A stretch of DNA of 64,000 nt, taken from contig LSNK01000002.1 in NCBI GenBank assembly GCA_003056085.1, positions 110,575 to 174,574 on the forward strand, written 5' to 3'. The notes beneath the pieces were generated by a model, which did no database searches, was not told the DNA's origin, and saw nothing but the letters and a program-made list of their open reading frames with translations. Of the stretch, positions 1 through 8,434 are shown piece after piece. The position numbers and the translations under genes are program-made. This stretch comes from Parcubacteria group bacterium M6-OD1-1 (lineage in GTDB: Bacteria > Patescibacteriota > Minisyncoccia > GWC2-36-17 > M10-OD1-4). The stretch's first letter is position 1. Each line of letters begins with the position of its first letter.

Positions 1-258
1 CGCGGCATTATAAAATGCCTCCGGCACTATACCAAAAACTTGAGCAACTATTGGCTTCTCTATTTCAGAATAAATAAAATCTTTCAAAAGCACATCGGCT
101 CCGGCGCAAAGACCCTCTGCAGAAACAAATTCCGTGAACATTACATCCGGCTTACCGTATTTTGCCGTAATAAAACGAAAGGAGGCGTCTGTAACGCCGT
201 CCATGGGAGAGAGCCCTAAAATAGGCTTATTTAATTTTCCCCAAAATCCTTTTTGCAT
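1..258 (-). CDS. tRNA-dihydrouridine synthase, partial; N-terminus in window, C-terminus lies beyond the left edge
   Basis: Minus-strand translation from ATG at 258 gives MQKGFWGKLNKPILGLSPMDGVTDASFRFI...; the PMDGVTD...FR motif is typical of the Dus family. Confidence 0.55.
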   Translation of the reverse strand, partial: MQKGFWGKLNKPILGLSPMDGVTDASFRFITAKYGKPDVMFTEFVSAEGLCAGADVLLKDFIYSEIEKPIVAQVFGIVPEAFYNAA

Positions 259-265
259 ATAAGTT

Positions 266-781
266 TTACTGTGAAGTTTTTAGAGCTTGTTTTTCTTTAG
301 CTCTCATAATAGCACCTTTTATTTTATTTGGATTTCTAACCTGTTTAAAAATAAAGTCCGGATTTTCGCTGGCTGTGCGGACTCTTACATCCCCGTAATC
401 TATCAAAGTCGGCAAAACTCCTTTTACATCTACTTCTATTTCTTGAATTCTGGAAAGCTCAAATTCATAAGTAACTCTTGAAAATAGACTTTTTTGCTCA
501 ATTGAGATAACTCTCTCATCAGTTAGTATCCAAACATCAAGATAATAATCAACCAAAGTTATAAATATAGCTATCCAAAGAAGATGCAAAAAAAGCGTCA
601 TAACAAACAGAGCAAGGATAGTTATTTCAAAAAACATTGAAAAAAACATAAAAACAACAAAAAATGCTATAGCTACAGTAACTATGGCAAAGAAAACCAA
701 AGGAAAAAGTTCAAGCAAAAAAACAAAGACGTGTCTGCGATAAACTGATATTATATTTTCCCCTTCTTTTATATTAAGCAT
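266..781 (-). CDS. membrane protein with bacterial PH domain (YdbS/YdbT-like, bPH_2)
   Basis: Three N-terminal transmembrane helices followed by a YdbS-like C-terminal domain (VDYYLDVWILTDERVI...). Confidence 0.45.
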   Translation of the reverse strand: MLNIKEGENIISVYRRHVFVFLLELFPLVFFAIVTVAIAFFVVFMFFSMFFEITILALFVMTLFLHLLWIAIFITLVDYYLDVWILTDERVISIEQKSLFSRVTYEFELSRIQEIEVDVKGVLPTLIDYGDVRVRTASENPDFIFKQVRNPNKIKGAIMRAKEKQALKTSQ

Positions 782-796
782 AGTCTAATTCGTAAT

Positions 797-1069
797 TTAA
801 AATGGATACGGATTTTGAATAACTTCATCCGTTTTAATATTAATTCTTTCCGTCATATAACTCATCAGTCCGTTCCAGTCAATGTAAAAAAATAAATAAA
901 GCTCAAAAAACACTAAAATAACAGACCCCGTAAGAAAAATGCTTAAGATGAGCTTATGATGACTTTTTGAAAAACGAAATTTTATAAAATGATACACTAA
1001 AACGATACTTGCCAAAACAAATACCATTAAAATTATTACAAAAAGAAGAAATATTAATAGCTTCATCAA
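797..1069 (-). CDS. hypothetical small membrane protein
   Basis: 90 aa ORF with two hydrophobic helices; abuts the next gene. Confidence 0.3.
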   Translation of the reverse strand: MMKLLIFLLFVIILMVFVLASIVLVYHFIKFRFSKSHHKLILSIFLTGSVILVFFELYLFFYIDWNGLMSYMTERINIKTDEVIQNPYPF

Positions 1070-1489
1070 TTAAATCATTAAATTTAAACCTGTATTATCA
1101 TCATACCCTCTTTTGATTTTTGCGTCAAAAACAGTTAAAAACATCTCACATGTCGCAGAAACAACTATTCTCTTTATATGCCCGCCTTGTACTTTTGTAT
1201 TTAAGTCAGAAAACAGTCCATGAGCATGCACAACTGTCTCGTTGTTCATTTTGGCGATATTTCCGGTTAAACTGACTATTTCTAATCTTTCACTTATGTT
1301 TTTGTCTTCGTACTCTTTTTTATCAAGACTGTAATACGCAAGCGTCAATTCACCGCACGCTCCAAAAGCAGAAAAAAATCCTGATTCTATTTTTTCTTTT
1401 TCACAAAAGTTTTTTAAAACCTCAACAATCTCATCACCGGAGTCAAATCTTAAAACATATTTATTTTTTTCTTTTAAAATTTCTTTCAT
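1070..1489 (-). CDS. PPC (DUF296) domain protein
   Basis: 139 aa; GACGELTLAYYSLD...VVHAHGLFSD...GGHIKR pattern is typical of the PPC/DUF296 fold. Confidence 0.4.
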   Translation of the reverse strand: MKEILKEKNKYVLRFDSGDEIVEVLKNFCEKEKIESGFFSAFGACGELTLAYYSLDKKEYEDKNISERLEIVSLTGNIAKMNNETVVHAHGLFSDLNTKVQGGHIKRIVVSATCEMFLTVFDAKIKRGYDDNTGLNLMI

Positions 1490-1493
1490 TTTT

Positions 1494-2219
1494 TTAAAGA
1501 GTTATGCTTTTAATTTCTCCTAATTTTAAATTACCTAATTTAACATCTCCCATCCTTACACGAACCAACCTCACTACTTTATTATTACATGCTTCCGCCA
1601 TACGACGAAGCTGTCTGTTGTATCCTTGGTGGATAATTACACTTAGTCTGTTCCCGTCTATTTTTTCCACTTTATCCGCTTTGGCAATCCCCTCCTGCAG
1701 TTTGATGCCTCTTTTAAATTTTGTTATAAGTCTTTCATCAATCGGATCTTTAAAAGACAATAAATATTCCTTTTCTTTTTGAAATTTTGGATGAGTCAGT
1801 TCAAATATTTTCTGACCGGCATTTGTTAAAATTAACAGACCCTCACTGTTAAAATCCAACCTTCCCACCGGCTTTAAGTCTTGAAGACTTTTTGGCAAAA
1901 GGTTCATAACGGTTTTTCTTCCTTTTGGGTCTTTTCTTACCGTCAAATATCCTTTTGGTTTGTTTAAAATAATAGTTGTTTCTTTTTCCGGGAGCTTAAC
2001 TGTTTTTTTGTTATGTTTGACAATGTCTTTTTTTAGATCCACAACTTGCCAAAAATCAGCAACTTTGCCGTTTATAGTTACGTTTCCTTTTTTAACCTCA
2101 CTTTCAGCTTCGCGTCTGGAAATCCCGGTCGCTTGTGATAAATATTGATTTATTTTCATTTTATTATTAGTAAAATATTTGATTAATTTTATTTTACTAC
2201 TTTGATGCCGCTTAAACAA
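1494..2219 (-). CDS. pseudouridine synthase, RsuA/RluB family with N-terminal S4 domain; true start probably the second Met (MKINQYL...)
   Basis: S4 motif ISRREAESEVKKGNVTINGKVA and catalytic GRLDFNSEGLLILTNAG motif. Confidence 0.75.
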   Translation of the reverse strand: MFKRHQSSKIKLIKYFTNNKMKINQYLSQATGISRREAESEVKKGNVTINGKVADFWQVVDLKKDIVKHNKKTVKLPEKETTIILNKPKGYLTVRKDPKGRKTVMNLLPKSLQDLKPVGRLDFNSEGLLILTNAGQKIFELTHPKFQKEKEYLLSFKDPIDERLITKFKRGIKLQEGIAKADKVEKIDGNRLSVIIHQGYNRQLRRMAEACNNKVVRLVRVRMGDVKLGNLKLGEIKSITL

Positions 2220-2254
2220 CCAAAATCAGAAACCCCTCGCATTTACGAGGAGTT

Positions 2255-2647
2255 TCAAAAGTTTTTATTATTTTTATAAAAAAAGTCATTGCAAAGATTT
2301 GGATATTTGCATCTTTCAAAGTGATTTTTCAACCAAAAACTTTCACTATTTTTTTGCACTTGTACAGCAATTATATTTTCTAATTTGCTATCATACGCCC
2401 ATAACAAAAGGGACTGCAGCGCTCTACTGCCAAAACCGTGTCTTGTTTTATCTTCCGGCAGCGTAGTCATATTTGTTATAACCAAATCTGCGCCACTGTA
2501 GTCTTCAAAAACAATTCTTATGGTTGTTGTTGCTTCTTCAAAGGGAAATTTTATTATATATGCTTTTTTGTCAAATCTATCACGCTTTATATAAGCGCCG
2601 TATTGTTTCAAATACATTAACTCATCCATTTCTCTTTTCTCCTGCAA
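2255..2647 (-). CDS. GNAT family N-acetyltransferase
   Basis: 130 aa; acetyl-CoA binding-like motif HGFGSRALQSLLLWA. Confidence 0.5.
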   Translation of the reverse strand: MQEKREMDELMYLKQYGAYIKRDRFDKKAYIIKFPFEEATTTIRIVFEDYSGADLVITNMTTLPEDKTRHGFGSRALQSLLLWAYDSKLENIIAVQVQKNSESFWLKNHFERCKYPNLCNDFFYKNNKNF

Positions 2648-2770
2648 TGTGAGCTTAACTAAACATATTATGAATAATAAATTTAGTCAAGATTTTATTT
2701 TAAGATTTCAACACTCTTAGAACATGCTCTTTTCTTAAAACATTTTAAAACAATCTACTCCGCTTCAAAT

Positions 2771-2791
2771 TGGCTACCAGACCTAGATTTC
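2771..2791 (-). repeat. degenerate fragment of the tRNA-Gln 3' end (acceptor 3' strand plus CCA-like)
   Basis: Minus strand reads GAAATCTAGGTCTGGTAGCCA; compare the tRNA 3' end GAATCCAGGTCTGGCAGC. Confidence 0.4.
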
Positions 2792-2827
2792 TCATCCTTC
2801 ACTTGCATACTAAATTTTACGAGCAAC

Positions 2828-2849
2828 GCTGCCAGACCTGGATTCGAAC
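2828..2849 (-). repeat. exact copy of the tRNA-Gln 3' 22 nt (T loop, T-stem 3' strand, acceptor 3' strand)
   Basis: Identical to 2971-2992: minus strand GTTCGAATCCAGGTCTGGCAGC. Confidence 0.7.
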
Positions 2850-2907
2850 ACTCCGGAGTACTATCGTTTTGTTAGCCAATCGCTTCGTTCTTGGACAAAA
2901 CGTGAGC

Positions 2908-2922
2908 CAAGATAACAGCTTT
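2908..2922 (-). repeat. exact copy of a tRNA-Gln internal segment (anticodon loop 3' side, anticodon stem 3' strand, variable region, start of T stem)
   Basis: Minus strand AAAGCTGTTATCTTG, identical to the matching part of the intact gene. Confidence 0.6.
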
Positions 2923-2970
2923 CCCCGTTTAAATGGGAAAAGTCAACTAAATACTAACTCCTATTCAAAG

Positions 2971-3041
2971 CTGCCAGACCTGGATTCGAACCAAGATAAC
3001 AGCTTTCAGAGAGCTGTGTCCTACCATTAGACGATCTGGCA
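2971..3041 (-). tRNA. tRNA-Gln (anticodon CUG), 71 nt, CCA not encoded
   Basis: Cloverleaf folded by hand from the minus strand. Acceptor stem TGCCAGA/TCTGGCA. Three-bp D stem GTC/GAC with loop TAATGGTAG. Anticodon stem CAGCT/AGCTG with loop CTCTGAA, giving anticodon CTG. T arm CTTGG-TTCGAAT-CCAGG. Discriminator G. Confidence 0.8.
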
Positions 3042-3100
3042 GCTTTGAATATGAGTATTATGAAAACAACGATTTTTCCCATTTAAGCGGGACAGACGGC

Positions 3101-3133
3101 GAGCTGTGTCCTACCATTAGACGATCTGGCAGC
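3101..3133 (-). repeat. exact copy of the tRNA-Gln 5' 33 nt (acceptor 5' strand, D arm, anticodon stem 5' strand)
   Basis: Minus strand GCTGCCAGATCGTCTAATGGTAGGACACAGCTC, identical to 3009-3041 of the intact gene. Confidence 0.7.
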
Positions 3134-3246
3134 GTTGCACACAAAAATTGGCAATGATTTTTTGTATTATACACAAAAATTCTTTACTTTCAAATAAATT
3201 TTTATATTCTTCTATATGAATATAAAATTTCTATATTTGGGTGTAA

Positions 3247-3275
3247 TTCAAAAAAATGAGAAATTAAGGTAATAT
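3247..3275 (+). promoter_or_regulatory. putative sigma70-like promoter for element A (TTCAAA, 17 nt spacer, TAATAT)
   Basis: The -10 box and the following ~20 nt (TAATATATGACAGAACAAAATGAAAT) are conserved upstream of copy B (TAATACATAACAGAATAAATGAAAT). Confidence 0.3.
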
Positions 3276-3412
3276 ATGACAGAACAAAATGAAATTCATA
3301 ATATTGAGTAAAGACCGAGGTAAAAGCTGTGAGAGAAATTGAGTCGTAGTAACGTTACGACGAAATGAGCGAATAGCTTTTAACGAAGGTATTTGCCAAT
3401 ATTATGGATTTC
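3270..3412 (+). ncRNA. candidate structured ncRNA, copy A of a two-copy ~140 nt element; strand uncertain, plus strand favoured
   Basis: About 90 percent identical to 10577-10718. Outer 16 bp stem GAAATTCATAATATTG/CAATATTATGGATTTC. Middle stem AAAAGCTG/TAGCTTTT. Inner hairpin GTCGTAG-TAACG-TTACGAC. G-U wobbles pair only in the plus-strand RNA. Confidence 0.45.
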
Positions 3413-3413
3413 A

Positions 3414-4331
3414 TCAAACCTTGAGATATTTCTGCATAGCAATAAGCGACCCTAAAACACCAATTCCACTGCCAACAGCAAATAATATCAACCATATTTG
3501 AAAAATATTTCCCACGAAATACTCAAATAAATTAACTCCTGAGAAAAAATTTGCTATAAGCGGTGAACTGAAAAATAACATCGGAAGAACTAAAACAATC
3601 GTTACTAAAGAAGAAACGAGACCATAAAGCAAACCTTCAACCACAAACGGACCTCTAACAAACCAGTTTGTGGCGCCGACAAGCTTCATAACTCCTATTT
3701 CCTCGCGCATTGTAAAAATCGTTATTCTTATCGTGTTAAATGCAACTAAAAATGCAATTATAACCAAAACAATACTGATACTAAAACCTACCTTTCTTAT
3801 AGACGAAATAAATGAACTTAATTTATCTATAATTTCTTTATTTTCATAATAATTTATTTTGTTCACCATATCTTTGTATTGGTCTTTTTCTAAAGTTGCA
3901 ACAATACCTTCAAACTGACTCGGGTCTTTTGCCTTTATATTTAAACTCGCCTCCAGTGGATTTTCTTGAAGCGCATCCAAAGACTGAATAATAATTTCAT
4001 TTTCACTGTGTTTTTCTCTAAACTCCAACAAAGCATCATCTTCTGAAATATAGTCTACGCTTTTAACTTCACCCAAGACTAATATATCATTTTTCATATT
4101 TAAAATATCCGCTTCTTTTGTATCTTTTGTAAAATAAACAGAAACATCCACTCTGCTCTTAAGGTCGGTAATTAAAGACTCTGTCAAAACAGAAACCATA
4201 ATAAGCCCCAATATCATAAATAAAGTTACCGACAAAACAGATACCGTAGCGGTTGACAGCCATCCGTTTCTCCAGAAATTATTAAAACCGGATTTTGTTA
4301 TTCTTTTTAAAATTGTAAAAATATTTGTCAT
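3414..4331 (-). CDS. ftsX: cell division ABC transporter permease FtsX
   Basis: 305 aa with an N-terminal transmembrane helix, a periplasmic loop and three C-terminal helices (FtsX-like permease fold); directly downstream of ftsE. Confidence 0.8.
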   Translation of the reverse strand: MTNIFTILKRITKSGFNNFWRNGWLSTATVSVLSVTLFMILGLIMVSVLTESLITDLKSRVDVSVYFTKDTKEADILNMKNDILVLGEVKSVDYISEDDALLEFREKHSENEIIIQSLDALQENPLEASLNIKAKDPSQFEGIVATLEKDQYKDMVNKINYYENKEIIDKLSSFISSIRKVGFSISIVLVIIAFLVAFNTIRITIFTMREEIGVMKLVGATNWFVRGPFVVEGLLYGLVSSLVTIVLVLPMLFFSSPLIANFFSGVNLFEYFVGNIFQIWLILFAVGSGIGVLGSLIAMQKYLKV

Positions 4332-4406
4332 AAATAACAGTCAAAAGTTATAAAGTTAAAAATTTTTGCAGAATTTACTTTTTAACTTTTTACTTCTAAC
4401 TTTTTA

Positions 4407-5087
4407 CTAAAGTACATACCTGCCGTTTTCTTCATCACGAACAACTTTTCCATTATCCAATGTTACCACTCTTTTGTTTAACATATTTATAACCTCTCTG
4501 TTGTGCGTTGCTAAAATAACGGTGGCGCCAAGTTCATTTATTTTTAAAAGCAGCCTTATAACATCCCATGTATTTAAAGAGTCTAAACTCCCTGTCGGTT
4601 CGTCTGCTATTAAAATATCCGGTCTATCCACGAGTGCTCTTGCAATAGCAACTCTTTGCTTTTCTCCTCCTGAAAGCTCGTTTGGAAACTTATCTGACTT
4701 ATGAGACAATCCGACTAAATTCAACACCTGAGGAACATCTTCTTCAACATCACTGTTACTGACACCGGAAACCTCAAGAGTAAAAGCAACATTTTCATAA
4801 ACCGTTTTTTTCGGCAAAAGTCTAAAATCCTGAAAAATCATACCAACTTTTTTTCTCAAAATATGCATATCATGTTCAGAACATAAAGAAATATTTTTTT
4901 CACCAACAAAAACCCTTCCCTCCGTCGATTTTTCTTCCCCTATGATAAGTTTTAAAATCGTTGATTTTCCATAACCTGATTGTCCAACAATAGAAACAAA
5001 CTCCCCTTTTTTTATATGGAAACTCACATCATTTAAAGCTTTTGATTCGTCTTTATATACTTTTGATACGTGATCGAAAATTATCAT
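4407..5087 (-). CDS. ftsE: cell division ATP-binding protein FtsE
   Basis: Walker A GQSGYGKST, ABC signature LSGGEKQRVAIARAL, Walker B ILIADEPT. Confidence 0.85.
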   Translation of the reverse strand: MIIFDHVSKVYKDESKALNDVSFHIKKGEFVSIVGQSGYGKSTILKLIIGEEKSTEGRVFVGEKNISLCSEHDMHILRKKVGMIFQDFRLLPKKTVYENVAFTLEVSGVSNSDVEEDVPQVLNLVGLSHKSDKFPNELSGGEKQRVAIARALVDRPDILIADEPTGSLDSLNTWDVIRLLLKINELGATVILATHNREVINMLNKRVVTLDNGKVVRDEENGRYVL

Positions 5088-5146
5088 TTAATGTATTTGA
5101 CCTACCTTCTAATAATTTTATTAAAAAATTTTATTTTAAGATAGAT

Positions 5147-6260
5147 CTATTTTTTTATTTCTGATTCTATAAATTCATCAAGGTCGCCGTCAAGCACCTT
5201 GTCAACTTGTGAAGTCTCTGTATTTGTCCTATGATCTTTTACTAATTTGTAAGGATGCAGAACATAAGACCTTATTTGACTTCCCCATTCTATTTCAACT
5301 TTTTTTCCTTTAAGTTCTGAAATTTCTTTTTTCTTCTGTGCTTCCACTTCCTTAATCAACTTTGAAGCTAAAAGCTTCATCGCTATTTCTTTGTTTTTCG
5401 CTTGGTTTCTTTCACTTTGGCATGCAACAACTATACCCGTCTGATTATGTTTTATCCTTACCGCTGTTTCTCTTTTGTTGACATTTTGACCTCCCGGACC
5501 GGAAGATCTAAATGTATCAATTTGAAGATCTTCGTCTTTTATATCCACATCTGAAATACTTTCAATCTCCGGCATCACTTGAACATAAGAAAAGGATGTA
5601 TGTCTTAAATTTTGCGCAGAAAACGGAGAAACTCTGACAAGCCTATGAACTCCCGTCTCTTTTTTTAAATATCCATAAGCATACTTGCCGGAAACACCAA
5701 ATGTAACATTTTTCGTGATGATTCCTGCGGTTCCCGACTCTTCGCCTGTGTGGTGGTGAAAAATAGTAATTTGCCAACCTCTTTTTTCCGCGTATTTTTG
5801 ATACATTCTCAAAAGCATAGAAGTCCAATCTTGAGCATCGGCTCCTCCCGCTCCTGAGTATATTGATATTATAGCATGATTCTTATCAAACTTTGAAGAG
5901 AAGAAAACTTTTATCTCTTCTTTTTTAAATTTTCTTTCAAATTCAGAAATTCTTTCTGATAAATCTTTTTCAAATACTCCTTTTTCCTCAAAGTCTTCCA
6001 TCGCTTCAACCTCCTCTGCATCTTTTTTTATTTTATCAAATTCATTTAAAAAATCTTCTATGGTTTTTACCTCGTCTTTTAGAGAATTGAGTTCTGCTGT
6101 TATCTTTTTTGCACGAGAAGAATCATCCCAAAAATTAGGATGCACTGTTTTTTCTTCCAACTCTTTAATTTTCTTTTCAGTTTCAACTAAGTCAAAGCCG
6201 GTCTCTCATTTCTGAGAGCCTTTTTTTCAAATCTTTAATTTTTTGTTTTATTTCATCCAT
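5147..6260 (-). CDS. prfB: peptide chain release factor 2, made by a programmed +1 frameshift that joins a 21-codon ORF0 to the 337 aa ORF
   Basis: RF2 signatures SPF and GGQ (SSGPGGQNVNK). Upstream ORF0 MDEIKQKIKDLKKRLSEMRDRL ends at CTT TGA C (minus strand, forward 6191-6197). A +1 shift continues into ...DLVETEKKIKELEEKTVHPNFW. Confidence 0.85.
6191..6197 (-). promoter_or_regulatory. prfB: prfB programmed +1 frameshift site CUU UGA C
   Basis: Canonical RF2 autoregulatory heptamer on the minus strand; the in-frame UGA is followed by C. Confidence 0.8.
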
Positions 6261-6413
6261 ATTTTATTTTTCTAATTCACTTATTACCTCTTTAAGTTTA
6301 CCATTAATTTATTTTTTTGAAATAGATTCCTTACCCCCTTTAAAATATAATACTGCTTTGGATTATTAAATTTTTAATATAAAAATCAATACGTCCCTTT
6401 TAAAGATACAGAA

Positions 6414-8213
6414 TTATATCTTTCCGAGTTTTCTTGCAAGATCCTCAGCGTTTTTGAGCAGTTGCTCTGTTTCTTCAATCCCGCTCTCCCAAAAGTTTTT
6501 ATCGGCTATGTCTATGCCTAATTTTTTAAATATATTTTTAGGGGAATCTGAAACTCCCGCAGATAAAAATCCTTTTACTTTTTCTATAAAGCCGGCATCC
6601 TGCTTTAAAGAATTTTGCATAAATTTTGATATTAAAAGTCCACTTGCATAAGAATAAACATAAAAAAAACTTCTTATGTGCCCCCACGGCACCCACCAGT
6701 TTTCAGACCCAGCTGAAAACTTAACACTATCGCCCATATAAGAAGACATGTGTTTTTTAAAAATTTCTCCAATTTCTTTTTTGGATAAATACCCCTTTCC
6801 CCTGAAACTTTCGTGCATCTCTTTTTCAAAATTATAGCAAGCAACTTGCCTGAATATTGTTGATATGTCAGAGTCCAGCTTATCCATCATAATTTCCAAC
6901 CTCAATTCATCATCGGCATTCTCCAGAAGCTCCTCCATTACAAAATCCTCCATAAAAGTACTTGCAACTTCTGCGGTGGACAAAGGAGTGCCAAAATTCA
7001 ATGCGTTCTGACTTTCTTTTATAAATTCAGAATTAATACCATGACCAGTCTCATGCGCCAATGTCAAAACATCCTGTAATTTTCCCGTGTGATTAAGCAA
7101 AAGATAAGTAGGATGTTCTTTTATGCTGTTTGCGCAAAATGCTCCTCCACTTTTTCCTTTTTTAGGAAAAACATCAACCTGCCCGCCCTCTACAAATCCT
7201 TTAAATATTTCAGCAAATTTTTTATCAAGCTTCTCAAAAACTTTAAAAACTAAAGATACAGCTTCTTGATAAGAATATTCTTTATCAATTTTTCCGTAAG
7301 GAACTGTTTTTTCATAATATTCCAAACTCTCAACCCCCATCAATTTTGATTTGAATCTATAATATTTCTTGGAGATATCAAACCTGTTTGTCACCGATTC
7401 AATTAAAATATCTACAACACCGCTGTCAACATCATCACTGATATGTCTGCTTAAGTCGGGTCTTGGCATTTTACGCAATTTGTCATCTATTTTTTTATTT
7501 GCCAAAATTGAGTTTATTTCAGCCTCCGCCGCATCGGAATGTTTAATTAAAATATCATTTAAAATTCCGGCTGAAAAATCCCTCACTTTTTTATCTTTGT
7601 TGGAAATAAGGCTTACAATCTCTGAAAAGCTTTTTACCTCCTTTTTACCATTTTCCAAAAGAACCTTTTTTTCTTCTTTGGACAAAAAATTATTTATCAT
7701 CTTAACCCAATTTGAGTGAGATGCCTCCGACTTTAAAGTTAGAATTTTTTCTTCCGGCTCACTCAATAAATATTTTGCATCTTCAAAAATTTTCTCCAAA
7801 AAGTGTCTATATTCTTTTAAATCTTCTGCCGTTAAAAACTCTTTTTGCTTGTCTTGTGATATTTTAGCCAACCTAAATTCAAAAAACCTTATATTATTTA
7901 AAATATTCTTGCCAAATGCTTCAATTTTATTTAATTTAGCTTTTATTTCAGGATTGTCTCCATCCTGACTTGATCTTAGCCAAAAATAATAGCCTTCTTT
8001 TCCATCAATGCCAAAATATCTAAACCACTCTTCATACTCATCCAACGCTTCTTTTAGAACCTTGGGATCACTTAAATAGTCATTTCTATTTTCCCATTTG
8101 TTTATAAATTCAGAACTTTTTTGTTCCACCTTAATTCTTTCTTTCTTCATTTCCGGATCATTATCTCCATTAAAAAGCAAAGATAAATCCCAATCTGTTT
8201 TTTTTATATTCAT
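6414..8213 (-). CDS. pepF: oligoendopeptidase F (M3B family)
   Basis: 599 aa; zinc motif HETGHGINSEF and overall PepF length and architecture. Confidence 0.8.
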   Translation of the reverse strand: MNIKKTDWDLSLLFNGDNDPEMKKERIKVEQKSSEFINKWENRNDYLSDPKVLKEALDEYEEWFRYFGIDGKEGYYFWLRSSQDGDNPEIKAKLNKIEAFGKNILNNIRFFEFRLAKISQDKQKEFLTAEDLKEYRHFLEKIFEDAKYLLSEPEEKILTLKSEASHSNWVKMINNFLSKEEKKVLLENGKKEVKSFSEIVSLISNKDKKVRDFSAGILNDILIKHSDAAEAEINSILANKKIDDKLRKMPRPDLSRHISDDVDSGVVDILIESVTNRFDISKKYYRFKSKLMGVESLEYYEKTVPYGKIDKEYSYQEAVSLVFKVFEKLDKKFAEIFKGFVEGGQVDVFPKKGKSGGAFCANSIKEHPTYLLLNHTGKLQDVLTLAHETGHGINSEFIKESQNALNFGTPLSTAEVASTFMEDFVMEELLENADDELRLEIMMDKLDSDISTIFRQVACYNFEKEMHESFRGKGYLSKKEIGEIFKKHMSSYMGDSVKFSAGSENWWVPWGHIRSFFYVYSYASGLLISKFMQNSLKQDAGFIEKVKGFLSAGVSDSPKNIFKKLGIDIADKNFWESGIEETEQLLKNAEDLARKLGKI

Positions 8214-8308
8214 ATTTTTTTTGAAATAATTAATAAAAAATCAAAACAATCCTTCCCCAACTTCGGCAAATGGCGCGAAAAATAAATTATTTTATTTCAC
8301 CCCGTTAG

Positions 8309-8381
8309 AGCCGACTCGGAGAGTTGAACTCCGGACCTATCCATTACGAGTGGATTGCTCTACCAACTGAGCTAAGTCGGC
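8309..8381 (-). tRNA. tRNA-Thr (anticodon CGU), 73 nt
   Basis: Minus-strand cloverleaf. Acceptor stem GCCGACT/AGTCGGC. D stem GCTC/GAGC. Anticodon stem ATCCA/TGGAT with loop CTCGTAA, giving anticodon CGT. T arm CGGAG-TTCAACT-CTCCG. Discriminator T. Confidence 0.8.
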
Positions 8382-8434
8382 TCTAACAGGACAAACTAAG
8401 TTATATCAATTTGAAATTAAGCAAAAACTATATT

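Noticed and set aside
2771-3133. Group I intron within the tRNA-Gln gene
   Set aside because: The intervening segments (57-173 nt) are too short, and I could not find conserved P/Q/R/S core elements. The observation is kept as a finding, but the group I intron label is not supported.
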